64,000 nt of DNA from Camelus dromedarius (GCF_036321535.1 NC_087438.1:9674001-9738000), one strand, 5' to 3'. Positions 49,320 through 62,079 are shown, numbered from the stretch's first letter. Notes: generated by a model from the sequence alone, not told the origin. Translations and numbers: made by a program.

Positions 49320-49620
49320 ATTCACTACCGATCCTTCAATATCTAAGTTCAGATGACTCTTCAGTAAACCCCAGATAAAATCAATACCCCTCTCGTAATG
49401 TTCAAGACATGCATCTATTTTAGTACTTACCATGTTTATTACAATCATGTTCCTTTCTGGCCATCTTCCCTACTAGCCTAGGAGTATCTTTAAGGTGGAT
49501 GTTGTGTTTCAAGCAGCTTTTTATCTTCAGCACCTAGGACAGTTCACATGAGCTTAAATGATGTTCAGCAACTGCTGAAGGAATGAATGAAAGAATAAAC
49601 AAATGAAGGAGCAAATGAAC
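49320..49620 (+). mobile_element. L2 3' end
   Basis: 'cttccctactagcct...cagcacctaggacagt...gaaggaatgaatgaaagaataaacaaatgaa'. Confidence 0.75.
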
Positions 49621-49769
49621 AATGTTTATGACTTACCACTGTCACCATTATTGCAATAATATAGTGCCAAGCATGGAATTCTCCAAGAAGGAATTCTCTT
49701 CTATTTGGTTAAACCAAAGTTAAATGTAGATTCCAATTTGCATCCTGGAATATGTATAGCTTTAAGTAA

Positions 49770-49930
49770 ATAATAATGGCTCTTATTTATGGAATATATG
49801 TTTACACTGTGTAAAATTACTGTGCTATGTCTTTTACATATATCTTCAGTTTTAATCCTAACAAAAGTATGAAGAAGTGGGTATTACTGCCCTCATTTCC
49901 ATATGTAGTAACTGATACTCAGACCTTCCT
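49770..49930 (-). mobile_element. MIR SINE
   Basis: 'tactgtgctatgtcttttacat...tttaatcctaacaa...ggtattactgccctcattt...aactgatactcaga'. Confidence 0.7.
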
Positions 49931-50739
49931 GCAAAAACCACACATTTAGCATAATATAATACCCTTAAAATATTGCTAAATAAATCAAGGTCTGTGGTAA
50001 TTCGATGTGGAAGAAAAGATAAAGTAGAACCAACATCTTACAGTTTTGCTTTAGTCTCTATGACTAATTGTTCAGTGTTGCAAAGTGTGTACACCTTTAA
50101 TAGCTATTTTACTGGGGGACATTAAGAGTGACTCTGGAGAATATCTTCTATCCCTGTAGCATCTCAGTTTGGCACTGGTTCTGGTTTGTCTGATGAAGCT
50201 GTTTCATCTGAGATTTCTGTGCATCTAATGTGCGTGTGTATTTTACACTTTGCCCAGCCATTCTGGTAGTAGCATATGGTTAGTTTGTTAATTGGGCTTT
50301 TTGTTATGCTGTGTCTGCAAAGCTTCTTTTAATTTATATTCAAATGTTTGTCATCCTCTGGCAGCCTGTTTTGTGATGTCTGTGTTTGCTTTGTGACCCA
50401 TGACTATAGCATGTTTTTCAAGCTGTATTCTGACACATTATTTGAGGATGCCCACCATGTGCTGGCTTCTTACGACAATATAACTCCTGCTCTGCCTTCT
50501 TAACTATCCAGTAAAGCTGGCCTTGGGAGAGGGCAAGGAAAGGGCAGCGTCATTGTTTCAGCTCATTAGGTAACTGCACTGTTAAAAATGCTCTAGATGG
50601 GATGAAATTTGGCTTGTTTATCAAAGACAGAAATCTAGGTGATTCGTGTAGCATCTAACATCTACAAAAGCCTACCTTTTGCCAGGCACTGTGCATGGGT
50701 CAGGTTCAGAGGATTCAGTAAAAGAAGATGAAGTAAGGA

Positions 50740-51020
50740 AGCCACCAAGGATGGTACTAATTGCAGACTTTCGAACCTACCTTCCTGGGCTCAAATTCCA
50801 GTTTCACTAATCACCAGTTGTGTGACCTTAGACAAGATGCTTTACCTCTCTGTGCTTTAGTTTTCTTGTCTATATAATGTGGGTGACCATAACATCTATT
50901 TCATAGGATTCGTGGAAACCCTATGAAATATGAAATCCTATGAACCAGCACCTATAAAGCACTTAGAATAATGTGTCGGACATAGTAACCCTGAGGAAAT
51001 ATTAGCTCTTATTGTTATTA
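50740..51020 (+). mobile_element. MIR SINE
   Basis: 'cctgggctcaaattccag...gttgtgtgaccttagacaag...acctctctgtgctttagttttctt...taaagcacttagaa'. Confidence 0.85.
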
Positions 51021-51133
51021 CTTTTTTATACAAGTTCTAATAAATATAGTAATCTGGTTAGTACAAGGGGGTTAGTTAATCTGGTTAGTACGATCTATTG
51101 CAAAGCAGAAATAAAAAGCCCAAAGGGTCTAAT

Positions 51134-51383
51134 CAATATTTTCCAAACTGCATTCTGGAGCAAATTAATAGACTTAAAGAAAAACGTTCTTATGTTTACA
51201 TAAGTATGGGAAATTCTGAGTTAAAACAGATGGCTGTACACATCGCAGAGCCTGCACTAAGCTGATGTATATTGTGACTCTCCAAGAGAAAATTCAGCTC
51301 TCAAGCTTTTTGAATACAGAAATTCCATATAGATGTACATCTTAAAAGACTAGTTTCCACACAAGATCCTTCGGGAAGTTCTG
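51134..51383. mobile_element. MER112-like hAT-Charlie MITE
   Basis: 'ttttccaaactgcattc...ataagtatgggaaattctgagttaaa...cagagcct...attgtgactctccaaga...gactagtttccac...gggaagttctg'. Confidence 0.6.
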
Positions 51384-51524
51384 ATCTGGGTAAAAGCTGT
51401 TAACAATCATAAGTAGCAATTAGAGGAAAGTTAGAGTTTAGGATATCAACCATACTCCTAAATATTTAAGATTGAGGTCTTGGATATTTATGTGAAATTG
51501 CAGCTATGCAATTATGTGACAGCT

Positions 51525-51558
51525 CACACGTGCACACACACGCACGCACACACACACA
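51525..51558. repeat. 34 bp alternating purine-pyrimidine tract (CA/CG/TG)
   Basis: cacacgtgcacacacacgcacgcacacacacaca. Confidence 0.9.
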
Positions 51559-52039
51559 GAATTTATCCACGAAGAAATCTTTGTTGTCACCACAGGAGAC
51601 CAAATCCTGTGACATTTTTGGTATCTCGTTCGTTCTGGAACAACATTTCTCAGAGGAGAAGACTGAGAGCCTCCAAATCTCCAAAACAAAAGAGACAAAA
51701 CGCGCTAGGATTCTGCAGAGTGCTGGCACTTCCACACTGCTCGTGTGAAATCATGAAGATAGAGAATATTATCTCCAATTTTGCTCCTGGCAGAGAATGT
51801 AAAAACATATTGATTTGCTTGTTGGTCTGATAATTTATCAAATGTTTCTCTAATTACAGGGAAGTTGAAGAAAAAAGAGGGTAAAAAGGGAACCTTAGGG
51901 AATGTAATGACAGTAGCCAGAAAGTAATAATGTCTGGCAGACAGAAATAAATAAAGCATTTCCTCTTGGCTAAGGAACTTTTATATTTGGCTTTTTTTTA
52001 ATTAAAAAAAAAACTTGTATGGAAATATTTAACCAGTTT

Positions 52040-53480
52040 TAATGTAAATATAAATCTTAAATATCCTTTCTACACTGTGCTAGATGCTAAGGGGGAAATG
52101 ATGAGAGTGGCACAGTAGTCTCATACCTGTGCTCACAGATAATCACACAATTTCAATTCACAGCTCTGAGCAAGGCCATTTAAGAGCTGGGGAAACACAT
52201 GGATGAGTCCCTTAACCCAAGCTGACTGGGGAAGAGGACAAAGAATCCTTCCAGAGGAAGTGGAAGCTAAGCTGAGGCGTAAATAGGAGCTAGCAAGGCG
52301 ATGGCCGGTGGTAGGAAGAGATGAGTCTTATAAAAGAGAAAAGCCTGAGGGCAAGAGAAAGTGAACAGGGCTTGAGAACCAGAAGTAAGCTTAGTGGGAC
52401 TACAGTACAGAGTGTAAAGGAGCAAAATGATGAAGGGCGAGAGGGAGGGGTGAGCCAGGGGTAGATCATGAATGATTTCACAAATCAGGGTAAAGGACTT
52501 GCAGTTTCTCCTGAGGATTCCTGGGAGCTGTGGAAGCGTTCTAAACCAAGCAGGGACATGATCAACTCCTCTTTGGAATAACTCCAATAATGCCATGAGG
52601 AAATTAGTTTGGTTGGCGGCAATATTTGTACCCAGAGGATCATATAGGAGACTGTATCTGTTAAATGAAAAGAAAAGAAAAGAAATGATGGTGGATAGTG
52701 GATGGAAAGATGTGAGAAGTTCAGGAGGCAAAATGTATGACTGGTTTAATGTGGGAGATACAGAGAAAGAGGAAGAAGGATTAAAGGGTGACTCACAATT
52801 TCCTAGATGTGGGTGCCACTCGTTGATTCTGGAGAGCAGAGAAGGAGAACAAGGGCTGAAGATAGCACATTTAATTTGAGATACGTGGAGCTGGGCATCT
52901 ACCTGGAGATGACCAATGGGCAGTCGGAGATGCTGGAGACACACTTGGGTGCTGTTATCATAGAGTGAGATGATGTCTACAGAGTGTGTATCAAGGGAGA
53001 AGAATTTCTAGGGAGATACCCTCAAGGAGAACCAGAAGACAAAGAACTCTCAGAGAGACTGAGAAGTCACAAAAATAACTGGAGAAGGAAAATCAGCAAA
53101 GGGATAAAGGCATGCTCGCTCATGTGTGTTGCGTGATGCTAAGAGAAGAAAAGGTTCCTCCTGGGAAGCGTCTTTTAAGTGCAGCACCACTACCATTGTT
53201 TTTAAAAACCAGTAGCTACTGCAGATGGAGCGAGCTGAAGACTGAGAGAAGACCAGGTTGCAGGACAAGGATGTGCTCTCCAGAGGTGGCTGGGAGGAGC
53301 GATGTAGCAAGAAGCTGTAGGAGGTTGCAAGATCATGGAAAGAGGTTTCTCCTAGTATCTTTTTCTTTATGAAAGCCTTAGATACTTAAATACGGATGAG
53401 AAGGGAATAGTAGATAAAGAAAACATTTCTTTTGGAATTGTAGATTGAGTAAAGCCTCTGATGAGACAGAAGGGATAAGA
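52040..53480 (-). mobile_element. Long L2 LINE fragment
   Basis: 'cactgtgctagatgctaagggg', 'aaggacttgcagtttctcctgagg', 'gactggtttaatgtggg...aagggtgactc', 'aagaggtttctcctagtatc'; source of ORF 52267..52944. Confidence 0.85.
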
Positions 53481-53849
53481 TCTTGAGGTCAATAGTCCTT
53501 GGCTTTTTATTCATGCCCAAAAAAACTCAGTTATACGTCTATCATATCACCTCTCAACGGGCCTCGTAGGCCTCCTCTGTAGTAGTTGTCTGTCATGAGC
53601 TACATGCAGACAGAAACTGTCTCCATCTCACTCATTATTGTACCAGTCATACCTATAGAAGATGCTCGGTAAACATGCAGTTAGACGTAGCAGGTGATTG
53701 CTAGTATTTCCATAATGTAGGTTTTAGGAAAGAGGACTTGATGTAAAGACCAGAAGCCACAGCCGTTATTTCAAGGTCTAAATGTTTCCCAAACTTAGCA
53801 GAAGCTCAACAACATCCTTTTCTAACTCAAACCCTGAGACTCTACCAAG

Positions 53850-53990
53850 AGGCAGTGTGGTTTAATGCATGTCCATTTTGCTGCCTTTGGACCTAGTCTG
53901 AGTCCTATATTCTACCACTTATTAGAAATAGTGGACCTCAGACATAGTGTTCAACATCTCTTAACCTCAGTTTCTTGACGTGCAGAGACT
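53850..53990 (+). mobile_element. MIR SINE
   Basis: 'aggcagtgtggtttaatg...tctaccacttattag...aacatctcttaacctcagtttctt'. Confidence 0.7.
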
Positions 53991-54404
53991 AGGAAGAAAA
54001 TAGGCCTGGGGGAGAGAGACAGAAATGGAAGCAACCCCAGAGCAACAGAACCCTCCAAGGGCTGTCCGGAAACAAGTATTCAGAACCAAGGGCTGTGTAT
54101 CTTAGCATCCAAAGATTTTCAGGATTTCATAAAGAAAAATCGAACAGAGTCCTACCAAATAGATATTTTTAGGAACTTGCTTTATTCATAACTAAGGATG
54201 ATTTTTTTATTAGCATTGAAATTGTACATCAGACGGTTTAAAACATTTATTCTCTTAAGGGCCCCTCCAGTAGACTGATGGTCCCAGCCCAGCTTAATGC
54301 CACACAGTTAGCAAGTAACAAAGCTGCGATTCAAATCCATATCCAGCATAAAAATTCGATCTCAAATTCCTCTTAACACACCTACTAGAAAAAGACAGAC
54401 ATCT

Positions 54405-54560
54405 CATAGAAAGATGGGCAAGAGACTAAACAGGCACTTCATGGGGGGAAAAAAAAGGTATCCAATAGGTAATAAATATATGCAATGATGCTCAACATCA
54501 TTGATCATCAGGGAAATGAAAAGTAAATCCACAAGGAGATACCACCAAACCCTGGCCAAG
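54405..54560 (+). mobile_element. L1 ORF2 fragment
   Basis: Encodes degenerate IERWARD/NRHF...CSTSLIIREMKSKSTRRYH (L1 ORF2p). Confidence 0.85.
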
Positions 54561-56747
54561 TGCCTAAAACGTAGGGGGTTCCCAGAAGAGTCAGGCATCT
54601 TATCTTTATAACACAGGAGTCTTTCTGGAGTTACTATTGGATCTATTTATCTATGGTCTTATCTTAAAACACACATTTGAATGGGCCAGAGTTAAAGGAG
54701 TTTGAATTCAGCATGTGACGGATTTCATGGTTTAGTTTGGTTTGGTTTGGTTTATCTATTTTTGCAAGTTATAGTGAAACCCCTGGTTGATTTTTCTGTT
54801 TCAATTCTGTTTTCCTTTCGGAGTCTAGCTGCCAGCAGGACAAATGTTATCTTTATTGCTACATATTTATATACTGCATATTAATACATAGGCACATATT
54901 TATTTATTGAGTTCCATGCTTAGGAAATGTGCACTTTCCTGAAGTATTAGACTTCAAAAAACTTTCTCTAAAAACAGAAAAATGAGCTTCCCCACTCCTC
55001 CTCTGCTTCTCCTCTCTTCGTCTTCCCTGACTTGTGGTCCACATCCCCTAGGGCACAGCTCTCCTTTTCTAGCCGACGGTTCCCCTGGCTTCTCCCCAAG
55101 CCCTCCTCTGGAATGTGGTTGCCCTGAGTCTACACATCTTCCCTGAGAAGCCAGCTCCCCTCTCCTCTGCTAAGACCTACCCTCCCCCCTTCCCACAGGA
55201 AACCCCTCTGGCTGTGCGGACTGAGCCTTTTCCCAGCCCCTCACCAGGGTGCCTTTGAGGGGAGGGGAAGAAAGGCATGCATTTCACCTTAGGGTATCTT
55301 TCTACATATTGGATCTATTTGCTTCCTGTACTCTCATTTATTTCAAAATGATGTTGATATGGAACTGTGCTGTTCATTTCAAAAATTTCCAGCTAAAAGT
55401 TAACCATCTGGGCCCCTTAGACCATGACAGATAGACATACACATGACCACATATATATTAAGATCTTTTGATGGCATCATAATGCCTTCTTTTAGAACTA
55501 TCCAGGTCCACAAATGCCCTTTTTATTGTGAAGTGTAAAACTATGCAGCAGAATTTGCTACCCATGTGATATTTCAGAATGGACTTTTTATTACGTGGGA
55601 AAAAAGAGAAGAAAGCACCTGTTTTTTTTTTTTTAATCAGGAAGTTTCTTTTCTCTTATTTCTTTCCTTCTTTTCCTCTCTCTCTCTCCTTCCTTCCTTC
55701 TTTCTTTCTTTTTAAATTGTAGATACACTGAAATAGTATCTTGCTCTATAGAAAGAAAAGTTCTTATAATTTACATAGAAGTCATTATAAAGCTAATATG
55801 AGAAGCCCTCTGTGATTATTTTTAAGATTGCTTTGCTGACACCTACTGGATAGGATCTTTTACACAAACATATAACACAAGTAAAAGAATGAGGATTTCC
55901 TATTCTAATTTGGATGCATGAAATTTTCTTAAATAATAAAATGGATGAGATTAACTAATTAGATTAATTTTTAATTCCTTGTGTGGTTCAAATTAATTTT
56001 CTTTTTTATTCTTCCTCTTTCTTTCTTTCTTTCCTTTGTTCTGTCTTTTTTTGTGGGCAGGGGATGTATAAAGACCAAACATTTCAAAGTTTCACCTTGG
56101 AAAGAAAAGGTACCACTTTCCTTTAAAATAGTAATAAATTGAAAAAATCTATTTATACTTAACATACTATCTAAATTGTCATATTCCTGCTAGTAGATCT
56201 CCCAGTTTAACAAAACAGATGAGATGGGGGAAAAAAAATATTATGTAAATTAATCAGCTGGTTTCCGCTGAGAAGTTAATGTGCTCTCTTCGGTCTTTAA
56301 ATAAGGACCTTTTGATCCCAAGCAAGCATTTATGAGTATCTGGAATTCCAAAATAAACATGAAGTTTATTTAATGGTTAACTAGAGATAATAAAGCTATA
56401 CCTCTTAGAGCTACAATTTTAAAACCCTTAATAAATTTATAGCTACAATGGGACTTAAATTGATTCAGTTTAAACATTTGATTTTTAAATTGTATAGATA
56501 GTGAGGGCAAGGGCCAAGAACTGAGACAACAAGAAATGTCAGAATGCTGCCTGGAACCCAGAACCTGAATCCCAAACCAATGCTTTATACGGTTTCTACT
56601 GCATCATTGGCCCTTAATTGTTGCTTTATTATTTATCCCTTGATATCAACTATTTGCATTAGTTACGGATCACAATCATTCCTTACTTCAACTCATTGGC
56701 TTATCAGATGCTCTAATGGAGAACATGATCTGGTGAAAAACTTAGAA

Positions 56748-57287
56748 AATGTTAGTTATCTGTTGACACATAATCAATAATCACAAACATAGCAGCTTAA
56801 AAATGCTTATTTATTATGCATAGTTTCTGTGAATAATCTATAGTTTCTGTGGGTCAGGCATTCAAACATGGCTTAGCCTGGTCCTCTGCCTCAGAGTCTG
56901 AAAAGGCTAAAAACAAGATATTGGATAGGGCTGTGACCTCATCAGAGGCTCAACTGGGGGGAGGATCTACTTCCAACATCTCTCATGTTGTTGGTAGAGT
57001 CCATTTCCTTATAGCTGCAGGACCAAGGCTTCATCCTCTTCTGTGTGTGGGCTTTCCAAACATGGCTGCGCACGTCTTCAAAACCAACGAGGGAGAGCAA
57101 AACCCTTCAAAAGATTGTGCTACGATTTTACATAACATCACCACAGAATAATGCAGTACATGTAATCATAAACACCCATCACCTTTGCTGCATTCTGTTG
57201 GTTAGAATTGTCACAGATCCTGCCCACACTCAAGAGAGCACCATGTGCTGGGGATCCTGGGACCCACCCTAGAATCTGTCCTCCACA
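56748..57287 (-). mobile_element. MaLR LTR, MLT1F-like
   Basis: 'agtttctgtgggtcaggcattc...catggcttagc...ggctcaactgggggaggatctacttccaa...cctgcccacactcaag...ccaccctagaatctgtcctccaca'. Confidence 0.85.
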
Positions 57288-58014
57288 AAAGAGACCCAAG
57301 AATTCTAATCTCAGGTTCATATCCAGTTGACATTTTAAAATATAAAAGTGGCCCAGATATAATTTTGCCTTGAAAATGCTAATGTGTGTCTGTTTAATTT
57401 AATATAAAACATGAAACAACACTTGAGTGCTGCTGGTCCCTTCCACAAATGAAACTGCTCCAGGGAAAGAACCTAGAGTGAAGCCACCTCTGATCAGTTG
57501 CCACCCTCAACTGTGGGACGAGCCCGTCACTCAAGCAGGGCTGTGAACGCACTTCAGGGAGGGACAATAGATGTGGCAGAGGAGAGCTTGCTCCAAAACA
57601 GCCACAGAGCAGGCAAAATAATGAAATATATCCATTTGCATGGGCCCTACATAGCACACAACTATTTTAAGTTTTAAAATTAGTTCTTCCGTAAAGTGTA
57701 CAACCAAAATATTTATTGCTGACACATTTTTCAGCACTTCTTTCAACTGTCTTGATTATATTTTTTAAATACCGTACATTTTAGAGTTGTCTCCTAGGAG
57801 CCAAGCAGCTGCAGTTTTTTCAAATTGTTTGTCCTTCATTAATTCTTGGAATTCATGAACTTGGATTTGAATAGCACCATAGACAGTACCAGAACAGATG
57901 TAAGGAATGTTTTATTGACGTGAATAAGCAACACGAAGTTGTCTCCTAGATGGAGAGAGTTTGGCTATGGCAATATGTGACGGTAATTTTGTAACCTTAA
58001 AGATGAGTTATAAC

Positions 58015-58240
58015 CAATTAAGCACTGACTCAGCAAAGTTAGCATAGTGCCAAATTGATAATATATATTCAACGATTCTTATTTAATCTTGGAAGTAACC
58101 TTGTAAGCCACAGTATTACCCTTACTTTTATAGATGAGGAGAGCAACGCTTAGAAGTGAGGCAACTAGCCCGAGGGGAAGTAGATAATGAGTAGGAGTGT
58201 GCTGCCTTCACATCTACCACCGTTTTCATCACAGAGCAGC
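58015..58240 (-). mobile_element. MIR SINE
   Basis: 'tatttaatcttgg...attacccttacttttatagatgaggagagc...aactagcccgagg'. Confidence 0.7.
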
Positions 58241-58350
58241 CACCTAAGGTTCTTGTTTTAAATCAGTTTGATTTCTTATGCCTTAACATATCTAAAGGAA
58301 GTATCTTTGCTCCCAATTGATATTGTTTGCTGGAGTTCACCCAAAGCTTA

Positions 58351-58921
58351 TGTTGCCGAAAGATCAGCCCCCATCCCTGATGAGGCAAATAACCCAGAGA
58401 CAAAGTCTTGGAGCTTAGAAGAGAAGAGGCAATTTTATTGCTTTGCTGGGCAAAGGGGACTCACAGCAGGCTAGCGCCTTGAAAACTGTGAACCCACCTT
58501 GGGGATGGGGTGGGGTGGTTATACAGCCATGGCTCAAACAATAAAGCATTGATAACAATCAACAGAATCATTTTCTCATCAGAAGACAGAATGGCATCAT
58601 GATGCCGCCAGGCGACCAGTTAGCAGTTAGATTTCTTTATCTCATAAGCACTCAAGGTGTGGTCTTCTTGGTAATTCAGGCTATTTTGTAAGGTTATAGT
58701 CCTGTGACCTCCCTGGAGAAGGACTCAGAGACCAAGCATGATTATTACTTTCAATGACTGGAATAACGTAGAAACAGTAAGACTGATAGCTTTAGTTTTA
58801 ACAGTGGGCCTGGAACTGTGAGTAGCAACCAATCAGTCAGGTCAGTTGACCGTTTTAAGGGCAAGCATAAGAATGAGTGATCCGTTAGCCTAAGTGCGGC
58901 CATTTTAGTAATCTTCCTTCA
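58351..58921 (-). mobile_element. ERV1-class solo LTR, lineage-specific and comparatively young
   Basis: TG...CA ends; exact 4 bp TSD CTTA (58347-58350 and 58922-58925); minus-strand TATAA (58519-58523) and AATAAA (58434-58439). Confidence 0.9.
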
Positions 58922-61369
58922 CTTATACCTATGTCTTAAGTTGATTTGAAGGGTGTGGGTGTGTACTTTACAGTTTTTTAATACACCTTGGATAAAAAAA
59001 TGAAATGTATAAAAATCAAAATGTCCTTGATTATCCAACTTCTGCCACGACAGTGCTCGGCAGAGAGGGGAGATCTCAAGTTGAGCTCTTGGCCACTGAG
59101 ATGCACAGATTCCTGCAGGGCTGTGAGAGCCAGTCCAGGAGGCAGCCAAGAGACACTGCAGGGCTTCCATGACAGGAGGTGCTTTGTCGCAAATAGTGGA
59201 GCGATCAGTCCGCTAATTGCCCTGCACATATATATGGTGGTTTAGATTTTTAAAAACATGCTCGTTAAAACCGGTTGAGGAAGGATGAATTATTCAATAA
59301 ACAAAAAATAGCTCTGCTTCACACCAAAACCAAACTTTTATTGCAGTAAATGTAATCGTAAAAATATTAAAATATTATACTTTTGTGTTGGGAAAGGGTT
59401 ATCACAGCACATTAGCTAAGTGTACACACACACACACACAAATACGCACGTAACTGTAGAGGTTCTCTATTGCTCTCTCTTGCCAGCATCCATTGCCTTG
59501 TTTAGAAAGAGAAGACGTCTGATGCTTTCAGGAAACATCCCTTCCTGTTACGTAGTCCTTTTGACTCCTCTTCTCTACTCTCCAATTCCAGATCAAAACC
59601 AAGCCCTGAGATGTGAAGCCTTTCAAAGATTCTACTAGAATTCTCCAGAAAAGGACTCTCTTTCCAAGGTCTTGGGAATTAAAGATCCAGTAAGTGTGAA
59701 ACTGCTGAAGCAGTCAAGAAGGACAGGGAGGGGAGACGAGTTGAAGAAGGGAAGGAGGACAGCAGAAAATATAAGAAAGGAAATGAAAGATGAAGGGAAA
59801 AGAGGAAAAGAAGACAATTATCAAGAATCCTCCCTTTGCAACGTGTCTTTGAAATAAGTTGTTTTAGACTTAGGATGATATGCGTGCCCACAGTTTACTT
59901 AGAATTATGGAGTGAAAGGCAGTTACCAATTTTCAACATTTGAATTTCTTTAAATGACTATATTCAATCTTGCTGTGTTGGGAAGTTCTTCAAAATTAAG
60001 CCAGAAAAAATGGCCTGCTGATGGAAGTGAAAAAGACTTCCCCTAAGAAAGAAAGCTGTGAGTGTGTGTGCTTTCTGTTTTGTTACACCCTGTGCAGGAG
60101 ACTACCTAAGACCTCTTTTCATGTCCCTTCATTGTGCTCTGTTGAAATTCATAGGGTTTAAAGGAAACTTAAGGATAACGAGGAGGCTGTGATTTGTTGT
60201 TATGCAGAAAATTTTAATCATCAAAGAAACCAAGAGCTATGTTAGCAAAAAATACTTAATGTCACATTTTATATTTACCAAAATTGATGCACAATTATGT
60301 CAACTAATTTATACTTAATCCATTGTTGGAATAATTTATTTATGAAAATTAACTTGAATAACATTGCAATCAGTGGGAGGACTGGGATGGGGGAAAGCAT
60401 AAATAGCATAAATAAATAATGAAGTGAAATAAATAAATGAAAAGGAGCTGTAGTTCACACTTAGAAATGAGTTAGGGCTATGTGTCTTCCCCTCATGTGG
60501 AAGATGAGTACAAATGATCTGGTGTGCAAACGTCAAAGAAATGTGAAATGGGCTGAATTCCTGGGTTTCGGGGAATGGCTTTATTTTGGAACAACCAACC
60601 ACCGCCTTCAGCCATGCTCTGTCCACATTCCTGTCCCTGCTTTTCGTCAGCGTTTGTGGAAGAGTCCATCTTTTTCTGGTCATTGTCAGTTTTGAGAACA
60701 ACTTCATACAGGTAATTATCAAGAGCACTTATTTTCCACTCCTCACGTGTCCGAGGGACAGAACGTTCATTGAAAGAAGCTCCCATCCCCCCTTTCTGCC
60801 TCTCTCATTACTTCTTGAACAGCAGTTGTCCAACACGGCTGTGACAGGGTGAGCAAGTTAATTTAAGGTAAGATTTTAGCAGAGCTGTGTGCAACACAAG
60901 AGAAGCCTTATTCTCCAGCCAGAGTTACCTGTAGCTGAAACAATGCTGTATTTAAATTTCCCCCTGTCCAACTTCTAAATCAATCAGTTGCTTTAAACAA
61001 AGACCAGGCAAGGAAGAAGGATGTTAAGTGTTCGTTTCTCGAATCCCAATGATAATTGAGATGCATTTTCAGTCATTAGAATTACGGTCTAATATTACAT
61101 TTGATTCAAAACTTCTCTTCTTCCTTCATGCAGGCCTGACCCACTGTCCACGCACTTCCAGTGGGAAGAGGGGTGTGGTTCACTCTTTCACTCTTCTCTG
61201 CCCTCTTATTCACTAGGCAATATCCACCCTTCCAGGCCTCTGTGATGGCCATACTCAGCTCTCCTTCCTCACAGCCAAGGGTTCCCTCACTTCAGCAAGC
61301 TTCTGTCTTGGGTGAGTTCTTTCAAGGTAGCTTGAGCCCCTGTCACCATCATGGGAGGAAGTATGCCAG

Positions 61370-61590
61370 TCAGACTTGCAATATTTAAATCTGAATGTTT
61401 CATGTACCAGCCAAGTGACCTTGAGCAAGTCTCAGTGCCCCGTACATAAAATGGAAAACTAAATTACCAATATCACATGGTTGTTTAATGACTAGATGAG
61501 ATACGTGTGTGTGTGTATACATAACAGACATAAAGTGTTTACTATAGTGCCTTGCATTTAATATGTGTTATATAAGTGTTAAATAAAATA
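61370..61590 (+). mobile_element. MIR SINE
   Basis: 'gtgaccttgagcaagt...taaaatgga...ggttgttt...agatgagatacgtgtg...taaagtgtttactatagtgcct'. Confidence 0.75.
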
Positions 61591-62079
61591 AGGTGCCAGG
61601 GTCTCTTTCTGGGAGGCACTTCCAATCTTTCCAGTGGCTCTCTTGGTGCTCTTCACTGGCTTGGATCAGAAGCAGATCCTCAACACCATCTCTAGGCTGA
61701 CCGCCTCCTTCTCTTTGGGACTTCTCCCATGAACTCCCCTTGAGAGTCCAGCCATCTCCTTACATAGGTCAGATGAAGAGTAGGGGGAGTTACAACGGAT
61801 CATTGGCAACCTCTTAGCAAGTCCTTGGATGGGGGCATCTGGCTATCATCTTTACGATATGAAATACTAGTTGCCAACTTAGGAACATAACCAAGATTTC
61901 AGACAACGGGTAAGCGATTACTTATGAAAAGCTTTCACTATATCCAACAGAATCAAACATAATAACTGAACTGAAAAAGCCTCAAGCAATATGAGTCAGT
62001 TCTGGTTAAACCACATCAGATTAAAGAGGTAAGAGTGTGAGACACCTAGTTAACAGGGATGCAGGTCTCTGTCTACCTT

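Noticed and set aside
52267..52944. Longest ORF (225 aa, minus strand)
   Set aside because: Lies entirely within a decayed L2; low-complexity S/L/P composition and no recognisable domain
10204..60748. About ten CACGTG E-boxes across the window
   Set aside because: Dispersed, several lie inside repeats, and enrichment cannot be established without a background model
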